Source: a virus (Duplodnaviria > Heunggongvirae > Uroviricota > Caudoviricetes). From it: DNA of 64,000 bases. Of this stretch, positions 53,137 to 61,352 are shown piece by piece. The notes under the pieces were generated by a model. The model had not been told where the DNA came from. It worked only from the letters and a program-made list of their open reading frames with translations, and did not search any database. Made by a program: the position numbers and the translations under genes. Location of the stretch: the IMG/VR virus record IMGVR_UViG_3300027744_000008. One strand, written 5' to 3'. Every line of letters begins with the position of its first letter. Position 1 is the first letter of the stretch.

Positions 53137-53436
53137 TTATAATCCTAGAATTGTTTTCAAACTATTTCCTTTTGGAATATAAATTTGTGTACCGGGTATA
53201 AAATCAAATACAGGATCTTGTATAACATCTAAATTCCTCTGTGTAAACACCCACCATAGAGCAGCATCTCCGTACAGATCATAGGCTAATAAATCTGGAC
53301 GGTAAGTGTATTGAGCTTCGATGGTGTAGAGAAAATCATCAGGCTCTGCTGACACTGTGCGAATAGATAATACATCTAAGTAATCATCTTTAAGTGTAGT
53401 AGTATACCACGGACTTTTTGCTGTATATTTTGCCAT
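53137..53436 (-). CDS. Baseplate wedge protein, gp53/LysM-like
   Basis: YRPDLLAYDLYGDAALWWVF..RN...GTQIYIP motif. Confidence 0.8.
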   Translation of the reverse strand: MAKYTAKSPWYTTTLKDDYLDVLSIRTVSAEPDDFLYTIEAQYTYRPDLLAYDLYGDAALWWVFTQRNLDVIQDPVFDFIPGTQIYIPKGNSLKTILGL

Positions 53437-54419
53437 TATACGTACCCTGCTCCTGAACTTGTCATATAATCACCATTGACAAATTTTTGTAAGCTAAATG
53501 TTCTAACACTTTCTCTACTATAAGTAGGCTGTAGTGAGATAGTAAAACTACTTTTAGTTGGTACATGGCTACCGCCGGTAGCGCCGCCACTTGACGATAA
53601 TGCCGAATTTAACAGTGATGAGCCAGCGCCGATAGCAGCACCCAAGGCCTGTGCGCCCGGTATTTGACTTACTACATTTCCTAATTGTCCTAATGCACTG
53701 CTGGCGCCACCGGTTGAAATTGTAGAGATATAATCTGAGCCTGCATCTAATGACACTGAAAAATTTGTAACTACTACAGGTACATTTTTAAAAACATATT
53801 CTCCGTAGCCATTTAAACTAAGAATAGGAGGAGGATTGCCCGCCGGACTAGAATCACCACTAAACATTTTTGTTACCGATCTTAAAAAATGCAATGCGGC
53901 AATCCAATATTGTGCTTGTACTGCATCTTCAACATTCATAGGAGCAGTGATTGTTATAGCATCAGGTGCGCTGTTTTGATATGCCTGGAATGGATAGTTA
54001 TTATGCACTGGATCTATAGAGCTGTATTTTGCACTGGATCCTATACTGATTGTAGGTGTATAAGGAAATACTAATCCACCGGCGGCCTTTAAAGGAGCAA
54101 ATATAGAACTTGAATCAAATATTGTGCCGCCGGGCACTGTTAGCCGCACACGCCAATCTGAATTAGCATCGGAGCCGCCGAACATAGCAGATGATCCGGT
54201 TAATTTTCCTATTATGTCGCCGCCAGCAGGAAGATTAACACTTCGAATCTTGCTGATTAGATTAGCAGGATTTGCTAAATTATTAAGTGCCGAACTTAAT
54301 TGCATGCCTACACTAGATGCTGAACCTAATTGTCCAAATGATGCTTGTGCATTAGACCCAACAGATTGCGCTTTACTTATTATAGTACCAATGCTTGCAC
54401 CTAAATCAAAATCTGCCAT
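53436..54419 (-). CDS. Tail-tube initiator / baseplate cap (gp48/gp54-like)
   Basis: VFPYTPTI, GNPPPIL.LNGYG..VFKNVPVVVTNFSV and VPTK tube-fold motifs; first gene of the late minus-strand operon. Confidence 0.6.
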   Translation of the reverse strand: MADFDLGASIGTIISKAQSVGSNAQASFGQLGSASSVGMQLSSALNNLANPANLISKIRSVNLPAGGDIIGKLTGSSAMFGGSDANSDWRVRLTVPGGTIFDSSSIFAPLKAAGGLVFPYTPTISIGSSAKYSSIDPVHNNYPFQAYQNSAPDAITITAPMNVEDAVQAQYWIAALHFLRSVTKMFSGDSSPAGNPPPILSLNGYGEYVFKNVPVVVTNFSVSLDAGSDYISTISTGGASSALGQLGNVVSQIPGAQALGAAIGAGSSLLNSALSSSGGATGGSHVPTKSSFTISLQPTYSRESVRTFSLQKFVNGDYMTSSGAGYV

Positions 54420-54438
54420 TTGAGTATCTCCTATACTC

Positions 54439-54474
54439 TATTTATTTGACAAAATTATCTGAGTAGTTTATAAT
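54439..54474. promoter_or_regulatory. Divergent promoter pair: late AATAAATA (-) and consensus sigma70 (+) for the sigma gene
   Basis: TATTTATT 54439-54446; TTGACA 54446-54451, 17 nt, TATAAT 54469-54474. Confidence 0.8.
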
Positions 54475-54495
54475 ACTACATGAGGATCGCATAGA

Positions 54496-55320
54496 ATGAC
54501 TAAAGTCAATTACCTAAATAATAAAGATATATTAGAAGAAATACACCGCTCAAAAAATACATTTTCGAGCTATACAAAGCCAGAATACAGTCGATACGAC
54601 CTTATACTGCCCAGCGTGGACAAGATTAACATACGTACAATCGCTGAAGCAAAGCGGGCTAAAGCCAAGAGACTCGGGCATCAAGAATACGATCGAAGAA
54701 AGACCGCTGGCGAAAAAGTCAAACAAGCAGATTGCGAGGTTGACTATAAGAAAATTGCCAAAACAGATGTGGTATTTCGTATTATGACCTTTGAGCATAT
54801 ACCGTTAAACACTGTTAGAAAACGTAATCCAAAGACCATAGCTGATGGACGGGATAAAGTAAACTTCCCTCCGTACCAACATTGGAAATACAACGAAACC
54901 GATGAACTAGAGTGTGTGGGTAAAAGTCATTGGAAGGGCGACATGGACACTGGTGCCTTTAATAAAGATCACGGACAGATAACAAACACCTTAGCACGTA
55001 TGTTTATCAAGCTCTGCGAACGATATGCTACACGTGGAAATGTTAGAGGATACACATATAATGACGAAATGCGGGGACAAGCCATTCTACAGCTAACGCA
55101 GATTGGTCTACAATTTGATGAATCGAAGTCAGATAACCCGTTTGCCTATTATACTGCCGCAGTTACCAACAGTTTTGTAAGAATTATTAACATAGAAAAA
55201 CGTAATCAAGGCATTAGAGACGACATATTAGAAATTAATGGTATGAATCCTAGTTACTCTAGAACCAACAGTGGAGAGTACGAGGCTGGATTGAATAGAT
55301 TTAACGAAGGTACTGAATGA
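54496..55320 (+). CDS. Late-transcription sigma factor, T4 gp55-like
   Basis: NYLNNKD N-terminus; RGYTYNDEM...FDESKSDNPFAYYT....SFVRIINIEK; sits upstream of gp47/gp46 as in T4. Confidence 0.8.
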   Translation: MTKVNYLNNKDILEEIHRSKNTFSSYTKPEYSRYDLILPSVDKINIRTIAEAKRAKAKRLGHQEYDRRKTAGEKVKQADCEVDYKKIAKTDVVFRIMTFEHIPLNTVRKRNPKTIADGRDKVNFPPYQHWKYNETDELECVGKSHWKGDMDTGAFNKDHGQITNTLARMFIKLCERYATRGNVRGYTYNDEMRGQAILQLTQIGLQFDESKSDNPFAYYTAAVTNSFVRIINIEKRNQGIRDDILEINGMNPSYSRTNSGEYEAGLNRFNEGTE

Positions 55321-56327
55321 GTTTATTCAAAAAAATTGCCTGTTTCACAGACATACACTTTGGTCTTAAGAGTAATAGTCATACACATAATCAAGATTGT
55401 TTAGATTTTGTAGACTGGTATATCGCCAAGGCTAAAGAACAAGGATGTGATACTGGAATCTTTATGGGAGACTGGCATCATAATCGTAATAGTCTTAATA
55501 TTACTACCATGGACTATAGTCTTAGAGCTTTAGAAAGGCTGGGTCAAGCGTTTGATCAGTTTTATTTCTTTCCAGGTAATCATGATTTGTATTATAAAGA
55601 CAAACGAGACATTCATTCTGTAGAATTTGGCAAGTATATTCCAGGCGTTACTGTTGTTCATGAACCTACAACCGTAGGTGATGTACTACTTTGTCCGTGG
55701 TTAGTAGGTGATGAGTGGCGTAAAGTAGAAAAGTCAAAGGCAAGATATTGCTTTGGGCACTTTGAATTGCCATTGTTCTACATGAATGCCATGGTACAGA
55801 TGCCGGATCACGGTGAGATACAGCTCAAACATTTTAAAAACTTTGAACTAGGCTTTAGTGGACACTTCCACAAACGCCAGCAAAGAGAAAATGTTGTCTA
55901 TATCGGTAATGCTTTCCCCCACAACTATGCAGATGCATGGGACGACGAGCGAGGCATGATGGTGTTAGAATGGGGCGGACAGCCTGAATACTTCACTTGG
56001 GATGATCAACCTAAGTTTAGAACTATTAAACTTAGCGAACTGATCGATGGTGCTGATACCATAATTAAATCTAAAATGCACTTCCGTGTAACATTGGATA
56101 TTGATATTAGCTATGAAGAGGCGAGTTTTATCAAAGAAACTTTCATGAAAGACTACGATATTCGTGAGCTAACCCTAGTTCCCGAGAAGAAAGATGTTGA
56201 AGTTCACACTAACATTGACATACAAGCCTTTGAAAGTGTCGACGAGATTGTCAGTAAACAGATTATTAACATACAAAGTGAACAATTTAAAGCCAATACA
56301 CTGTTGGCAATATACAATAGCCTATGA
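55317..56327 (+). CDS. Recombination endonuclease subunit, gp47/Mre11/SbcD-like
   Basis: Metallophosphoesterase motifs DIHFG, GDWHH, GNHD, FGHFE and SGHFH. Confidence 0.9.
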   Translation: MSLFKKIACFTDIHFGLKSNSHTHNQDCLDFVDWYIAKAKEQGCDTGIFMGDWHHNRNSLNITTMDYSLRALERLGQAFDQFYFFPGNHDLYYKDKRDIHSVEFGKYIPGVTVVHEPTTVGDVLLCPWLVGDEWRKVEKSKARYCFGHFELPLFYMNAMVQMPDHGEIQLKHFKNFELGFSGHFHKRQQRENVVYIGNAFPHNYADAWDDERGMMVLEWGGQPEYFTWDDQPKFRTIKLSELIDGADTIIKSKMHFRVTLDIDISYEEASFIKETFMKDYDIRELTLVPEKKDVEVHTNIDIQAFESVDEIVSKQIINIQSEQFKANTLLAIYNSL

Positions 56328-58108
56328 TTCGCATTAAGGATTTAACAGTTAAAAATTTTATGAGTGTTGGTAACCAGACTCAAGCAGTGAACTTTTGTCG
56401 AGAACAACTAACTCTTGTCTTAGGTGAGAACTTAGATCAAGGAGGAGACGACAGCGGAAGCCGTAACGGCACTGGTAAAACTACAATTATCAACGCATTG
56501 AGCTTTGCACTCTTTGGTCAAGCACTGACTAACATTAAAAAAGACAATTTGATCAACAAGATCAATGTTAAAAACATGTTGGTCACGCTGACATTTGAAA
56601 AAGACGGGCAAGAATATCGCGTTGAACGTGGTCGTAGACCTAATATTTTAAGATTCTTTGTTAACGATCAAGAGCAGGCCAACGAAGAAACAGACGATGC
56701 ACAAGGCGACATGCGTGAAACGCAGAAAGACTTGGATGATATTCTAGGCATGAGCCACGATATGTTTAAACATATTGTTGCGCTTAATACCTATACTGAG
56801 CCGTTTTTATCCATGAAGGCAGGCGAGCAACGTGAAATTATTGAGCAGTTGCTGGGCATTACCTTGCTGTCTGAGAAGGCAGAATCTCTTAAAGAGCTTG
56901 TTAAGACTACTAAAGATGATATTATACAAGAAACTGCACAGATAGAAGCTACAAAAAAAGCAAATGCAAAAATCGAAGAGGGTATAGCAGGTTTAAAACG
57001 TAGACAAGACTTATGGTTAAGGAAACGACAGGAAGACATTGAATCGTTGGCGCTGCAATGGTCTGAATTAAATCAATTAGATATAATAACAGAACTACAG
57101 TCACACAAAGACCTAACTGCGTATAATCAAAAGCGTAAAACAATTGACGAACTTAATAAACTTATTGCTCGGTGCGTTGCCGACGAAGCAAAAGAAACTA
57201 AACAATGTGAAAAACTTAAAAAAGAAATTGTAGATTTAGAAGATCATAAGTGTTATGCTTGTGGACAAGACATGCACGACGAGAAACATGAACAAGTTCT
57301 AGCAGACAAACAAAAGGCATTGCAAGAAGCGGCACTACAGGCACTGTCTACTAACACTCAGTACATAGAAAATACCGATGCGCTTACTGTGTTAGGGGAA
57401 CTTGGTCTTCAACCTACAGTGTTTTATAGTCGAGAAGAAGATGCTATCAATCATAGAAATACAATTCAAAATCTTGAACAGCAGATAACTGCCAGAGAAT
57501 CTGACGAGGATCCCTATCAAGAACAAATTGACGAGCTAAGTGAGACTGCCCTACAAGAAATTCTTTGGGATAAAGTAAATGACTTGAATAATCTTAAAGA
57601 GCATCAAGAATTTCTACTAAAGTTGCTGACCAGTAAAGATAGTTTTATTCGTAAAAAGATTATTGATCAAAACTTAGCCTACTTAAACAATAGACTAACA
57701 TTCTATCTTGACAAGATGGGCTTGCCACATAGTGTAACGTTCTTAAATGATCTCACTGTGGAAATTACGCAGCTTGGACAAGATTTAGACTTTGATAACT
57801 TGTCCAGAGGTGAACGCAACAGACTTATCCTAGGATTAAGCTGGAGTTTCCGTGATGTATGGGAAAGTTTGTATCAGAATATTAACCTGCTGTTCATTGA
57901 CGAGCTCATAGACAACGGGTTAGATGCCAGCGGTGTTGAAAGTGCGCTGGCAGTATTAAAGAAAATGGCACGTGAACGCAACAAAAACATATATTTGATC
58001 AGTCACAAAGATGAATTAATTGGTAGAGTAAACAACGTTCTTAAAGTGATTAAAGAAAACGGCTTTACCAGCTACGAGCATGATCTTGAAGTAACAGATG
58101 AGCAGTAA
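56324..58108 (+). CDS. Recombination ATPase subunit, gp46/Rad50/SbcC-like
   Basis: KNFMS, Walker A NGTGKT, coiled coil with CYAC zinc hook, LSRGE signature, LLFIDE and ISH. Confidence 0.92.
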   Translation: MIRIKDLTVKNFMSVGNQTQAVNFCREQLTLVLGENLDQGGDDSGSRNGTGKTTIINALSFALFGQALTNIKKDNLINKINVKNMLVTLTFEKDGQEYRVERGRRPNILRFFVNDQEQANEETDDAQGDMRETQKDLDDILGMSHDMFKHIVALNTYTEPFLSMKAGEQREIIEQLLGITLLSEKAESLKELVKTTKDDIIQETAQIEATKKANAKIEEGIAGLKRRQDLWLRKRQEDIESLALQWSELNQLDIITELQSHKDLTAYNQKRKTIDELNKLIARCVADEAKETKQCEKLKKEIVDLEDHKCYACGQDMHDEKHEQVLADKQKALQEAALQALSTNTQYIENTDALTVLGELGLQPTVFYSREEDAINHRNTIQNLEQQITARESDEDPYQEQIDELSETALQEILWDKVNDLNNLKEHQEFLLKLLTSKDSFIRKKIIDQNLAYLNNRLTFYLDKMGLPHSVTFLNDLTVEITQLGQDLDFDNLSRGERNRLILGLSWSFRDVWESLYQNINLLFIDELIDNGLDASGVESALAVLKKMARERNKNIYLISHKDELIGRVNNVLKVIKENGFTSYEHDLEVTDEQ

Positions 58109-58352
58109 GCATGACGACATTATGAGTGCGGTTCGAACATACTTCGAAGCAAATCAAAAGTGGGAAGTAGAGAGGACCAAACGGTCTTCTATACAGCTAC
58201 GGCAAAGTCTAAGTAGGATTAGAGAATTATGTTCAGATCAACGTGTAATTGTGCGTGAATGGGCAAGGATTAAAGAGGCAGAACTAGCAGAAAGAGAAGC
58301 AAATCGACAAGCTCAGAAGAGACAGCAAGCAGAGGACAGTGATGATAACTAA
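58098..58352 (+). CDS. Small basic helical protein
   Basis: 84 aa, overlaps the gp46 stop. Confidence 0.6.
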   Translation: MSSKHDDIMSAVRTYFEANQKWEVERTKRSSIQLRQSLSRIRELCSDQRVIVREWARIKEAELAEREANRQAQKRQQAEDSDDN

Positions 58353-58357
58353 TTGCC

Positions 58358-58783
58358 ATGACATGGTATTTCCAAAATGAAATTATTGAATCGCTGCCCG
58401 AAGATTGTGTTGGATTTGTGTATCTGATTACAAATAATATCACAGGCAGAAAATACATAGGCAAAAAATTAGCCAAATTTGCAAAGACCACATATAAAAC
58501 AGTAAAATTAAAAAACGGTAGCAAAAAGAAAAAGAAGATTAGATCTAAGATTGATTCAGATTGGCGCGATTACTACGGGTCAAATCTAGAATTAAGCAAA
58601 GACGTAGACACACTAGGCAGAGAAAATTTCAAACGAGAGATAATGTTTTACTGTAAAAGTAAATCAGAATGTTCTTACATAGAGGCCAGAGAACAATTTA
58701 CACATAAAGTTCTAGAATCACGCGATTACTATAACGGACAAATTTCAGTCCGTGTACATGGCTCACACATATTAAAATCATAG
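58358..58783 (+). CDS. Stand-alone GIY-YIG (Seg-like) endonuclease domain protein
   Basis: GFVYLITN....KYIGKK, YYGS, FKREI, conserved E (YIEAREQ) and YYN; only 141 aa, with a Lys-rich insertion. Confidence 0.85.
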   Translation: MTWYFQNEIIESLPEDCVGFVYLITNNITGRKYIGKKLAKFAKTTYKTVKLKNGSKKKKKIRSKIDSDWRDYYGSNLELSKDVDTLGRENFKREIMFYCKSKSECSYIEAREQFTHKVLESRDYYNGQISVRVHGSHILKS

Positions 58784-59219
58784 GCTCCTAAGCGGTATAA
58801 GCAAGCACAAGCTAAAGTCGTGTGCCCACGCCAACTCGATAATAAGAGGGACGGAAATCTCTAGCCGCCAGAGTACTCAATCACTACCCGAAAGGATGAT
58901 GATAGCAAAGCCCTTGCTGTTTGATTGTTTTAGAAATAACAGGCGAAATGAGGGTGAGAAACCCACGTTTGCTGGCATGTTAGCGTATGCAAGTAGACCG
59001 CCGTCGTAATAAAGACTGAGCTCGAGGTACCGGACGACCGCCTCTGCAATGCTCTAACGCTAGGTGACATAAGTGCAACTCAGATAATGTCCATTTCTTT
59101 GCCCGGTCAGGGCAAAGTGTGACTGAACAATCTAGATAATATCTTAAGTGCTTCGCACAATTACTTCTAGATAAATGCATTGAGCCTAGCGAAATGCATG
59201 TGAGCGTGAGCTCACATTT
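58784..59219 (+). ncRNA. Candidate large structured non-coding RNA (family unidentified)
   Basis: Longest intergenic stretch in the window; about 48% GC by hand count over 58801-59100 in a visibly AT-rich genome; about 10 stem-loops including GNRA-capped helices. Strand is inferred from the GNRA loops, G-U pairs and terminal hairpin. Confidence 0.6.
59198..59219 (+). terminator. GNRA-capped hairpin, possible intrinsic terminator or 3' end of the RNA
   Basis: ATGTGAGC-GTGA-GCTCACAT followed by a short T run. Confidence 0.5.
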
Positions 59220-59227
59220 AATAAATA
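59220..59227 (+). promoter_or_regulatory. Late promoter motif AATAAATA
   Basis: 20 nt upstream of ATG 59248. Confidence 0.55.
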
Positions 59228-59247
59228 AACTATAATCCACTATTCCT

Positions 59248-60249
59248 ATGAAAATTAAAGACATTATCTCTGAAGCAGGACCTACTAGCTATGTGCCAGC
59301 TAGTCCTGGAAGTTCTATTGTTGTCCCTACTTCACTGAGTCCTAATGGGTCTACTATTCCTGTTGCTGCTAGCGGTGGTAGTGCAGCACCTGCTGCTAGC
59401 GGTGGTAGTGCAGCACCTGCTGCTAGCGGTGGTAGTGCAGCACCTCGTCCAAGAGCTCAACGTCAATCAGGTAAACGTGCCAGTGCTCTTAGACAGCAAC
59501 GAATCAAAAATGCAGTTATTAAGATGTCAACTATTGGCAGTGGTCGATACAAGAATATGATAAACATGAAGTATTCGAAGTTTACCGCTACAATGATTAT
59601 TCCTCTTAGACTACTTCAATTTTTAGGCCTTGGAGAGATGATAGTAGATTTTGGTACCACTGTTTCTACTCTGAGAACAATGAAGGAGTTACCAGAAGGT
59701 GATCCTGGCCATATTACTGAACAAGAATATGATGATAATTGGCGACAGGCTTTAGAATTATTGGCCGTACAAATAGCTGCCAGTGCGGCACTTCCTAGAT
59801 TAATACAGGCCTTTACCCTAGGTAAATGGGTCACTAGAATTTTAGGATTTTTAGGTACAACAGCAACATGGGGCGCTACACTTGCAATATTTGTAGCATC
59901 TGAAGTGGCCATGATCGCTTTTCAAAGATGGTTAACTAGTCCAGAAGGTAGAAAACAACTAACGTATCTAATAGTGTATGTTATAGATCCATTGGCTACT
60001 TGGTTATATCCCACATCTTTTGTTGACAAGATAAAAGAGATAGTGGGTATAGAGACTAAAAAGACAGATGATAAGAAAAAAGATCCCAACGCACCTAAAA
60101 CAGATACTGGACAAGCAGCACAGCCTAAACCTCAGGGACAAACAGATACAACTATACCTACTGCTAACGTACCGCCGAGTTATGTAGGTAATCCTAACGA
60201 TCTAATGAAGCGCGATGAGCCAAAAGTTAAATTTGCGATGGACATTTAG
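59248..60249 (+). CDS. Putative internal/ejected virion protein with hydrophobic segments
   Basis: MKIKDIISE leader, low-complexity linker and several hydrophobic helices; late promoter upstream. Confidence 0.55.
   Translation: MKIKDIISEAGPTSYVPASPGSSIVVPTSLSPNGSTIPVAASGGSAAPAASGGSAAPAASGGSAAPRPRAQRQSGKRASALRQQRIKNAVIKMSTIGSGRYKNMINMKYSKFTATMIIPLRLLQFLGLGEMIVDFGTTVSTLRTMKELPEGDPGHITEQEYDDNWRQALELLAVQIAASAALPRLIQAFTLGKWVTRILGFLGTTATWGATLAIFVASEVAMIAFQRWLTSPEGRKQLTYLIVYVIDPLATWLYPTSFVDKIKEIVGIETKKTDDKKKDPNAPKTDTGQAAQPKPQGQTDTTIPTANVPPSYVGNPNDLMKRDEPKVKFAMDI
59365..59445 (+). repeat. 3 x 27-bp perfect tandem repeat encoding AASGGSAAP
   Basis: GCTGCTAGCGGTGGTAGTGCAGCACCT repeated three times, in frame. 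Confidence 0.95.
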
Positions 60250-60470
60250 ATCAAAGGCATCTGAGTTTTTTCTGTAATTTCTATATTTTCTTTAATAATC
60301 TTAGACATTATTTCTCTATCTTCAAATGAATACAGATAGAGTAGATCGTTGATAGTTACACCACCGCGCATGTACCAACTGGTTCTAAACATATTTTCTT
60401 TAAGATTTTTTGCGCTTGCATCGAGGCTGACTAGATATGCTTCTATGTCAGAGTTAGGCATTTCGATCAA
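60246..60470 (-). CDS. gp51-like baseplate hub assembly protein, probably made as a -1 frameshift extension of the upstream gene
   Basis: No visible SD; lies in the -1 frame after T TTT TTC; SWYMRGG...EDRE motif. Confidence 0.6.
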   Translation of the reverse strand: MIEMPNSDIEAYLVSLDASAKNLKENMFRTSWYMRGGVTINDLLYLYSFEDREIMSKIIKENIEITEKTQMPLI

Positions 60471-61291
60471 GCGCCGACGAAAAAATTTGATTGATCCATT
60501 TGTATTGCCACTAAGCTGTCGTGTCCGCAGGACTCACATTTGACCTTCATCTCGGGCACCCTCCATGTCTGATTGTTTTTTTCTATCTGTAATTTAATAG
60601 CATCAAACATACTTTTTTCTGAGTTGATAATCCATTCTGTAATGTATTCTCTCTCGTTGACTACTCCTGCAGGCGCTTGTACACTTTCGATACTTTCAAT
60701 ATAAGATTCATTTTGTATCACAGCTAACTTTTCATAGAGCTCTGCAATTACTTTATTCTTAGCATCTTCATCCTCAACGTCTAAAATTTGACGCAGTTGG
60801 CGTTGTAGCTCAAAGTTTTTTATATTGAACTCGGTCATTTTTTTATAGTTCAACGGTCGAATAAAAATAGTTAGGTCGTCTATAACAACTTTATTGTCAT
60901 ATTTGCAACTATTGAAATGATTAATCAAAGACATTAAGTCTACATCGTATTCATTATCACTTCCGCAGTTTGGACAAATATGTCCGATGTTCATGCCGTT
61001 GCCATAGGTAGCAATGCGTATTGCTACTAAGATTTGATCTAAATCTAGATTACAGACTTCCCAGGCATTTTTAATGTTTGGCATACAACTTTGTAGCACA
61101 CGCACTGTGGCATCACCGTTCATAAGAGCATCGGGTGTCTTTAACAGCAGTTCATCCATACCAGTCATAGACATAACTGGTATTTCTCCAGTGGCATTAT
61201 CCACTGCATCTCCGCTGTAGTATACGCCTTGACTGGGCAACCGTATATAGATTTTTGGCTGGCGGAAATATTTTTGTAGCGGATTGTTCAT
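60467..61291 (-). CDS. Baseplate hub assembly chaperone, T4 gp26-like
   Basis: LPSQG.YY, DELLLK, DLDQILVAIRIATYG, two CxxC pairs (CPNC, CESC) and a C-terminal NFF. Confidence 0.75.
   Translation of the reverse strand: MNNPLQKYFRQPKIYIRLPSQGVYYSGDAVDNATGEIPVMSMTGMDELLLKTPDALMNGDATVRVLQSCMPNIKNAWEVCNLDLDQILVAIRIATYGNGMNIGHICPNCGSDNEYDVDLMSLINHFNSCKYDNKVVIDDLTIFIRPLNYKKMTEFNIKNFELQRQLRQILDVEDEDAKNKVIAELYEKLAVIQNESYIESIESVQAPAGVVNEREYITEWIINSEKSMFDAIKLQIEKNNQTWRVPEMKVKCESCGHDSLVAIQMDQSNFFVGA
60479..60485 (-). other. Putative programmed -1 ribosomal frameshift site T-TTT-TTC
   Basis: Minus strand reads AAT TTT TTC GTC GGC GCT TGA; the -1 frame reads TTT CGT CGG CGC TTG ATC GAA ATG straight into ORF 60246-60470. 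Confidence 0.65.
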
Positions 61292-61303
61292 GTTTTTACC
61301 TTG

Positions 61304-61328
61304 GATAAATATATTAAATGTATTTATA
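61304..61328. promoter_or_regulatory. Facing late promoters: GATAAATA (+) and canonical TATAAATA (-)
   Basis: GATAAATA 61304-61311; TATTTATA 61321-61328 (TATAAATA on the minus strand), between the divergent gp26-like and tape-measure-like genes. Confidence 0.65.
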
Positions 61329-61352
61329 TACCCACTTATTTGATAAAAAATT

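Noticed and set aside
22240-54423. Many 60-200 aa + strand ORFs antisense to the structural genes
   Set aside because: They are shadows of long, motif-supported minus-strand genes, lack SD sequences and have no recognisable motifs.
58098-58352. Histone-like (Hc1-type) assignment for the 84-aa basic protein
   Set aside because: Only a loose helical and basic resemblance; not supportable without a profile search.
58784-59219. Group I intron, RNase P RNA, tmRNA or hammerhead identity for the structured region
   Set aside because: There are short resemblances (CAGATAATGTCC to the group I S element; GAAACCCACG and AGTGCAAC to RNase P). However, there is no interrupted host gene, no GAGGAAAGUCC/P4 core, no tRNA-like ends and no CUGANGA-GAAA core. 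Left unassigned pending an Rfam search.
58980-59264. 94-aa minus-strand ORF across the structured region
   Set aside because: Cys/Arg-rich atypical composition, no SD, and it overlaps the start of a credible + strand gene; probably a chance ORF in GC-richer sequence.
59365-59445. 27-bp repeats as a CRISPR or guide array
   Set aside because: The repeats are contiguous with no spacers and are in frame within a coding linker.
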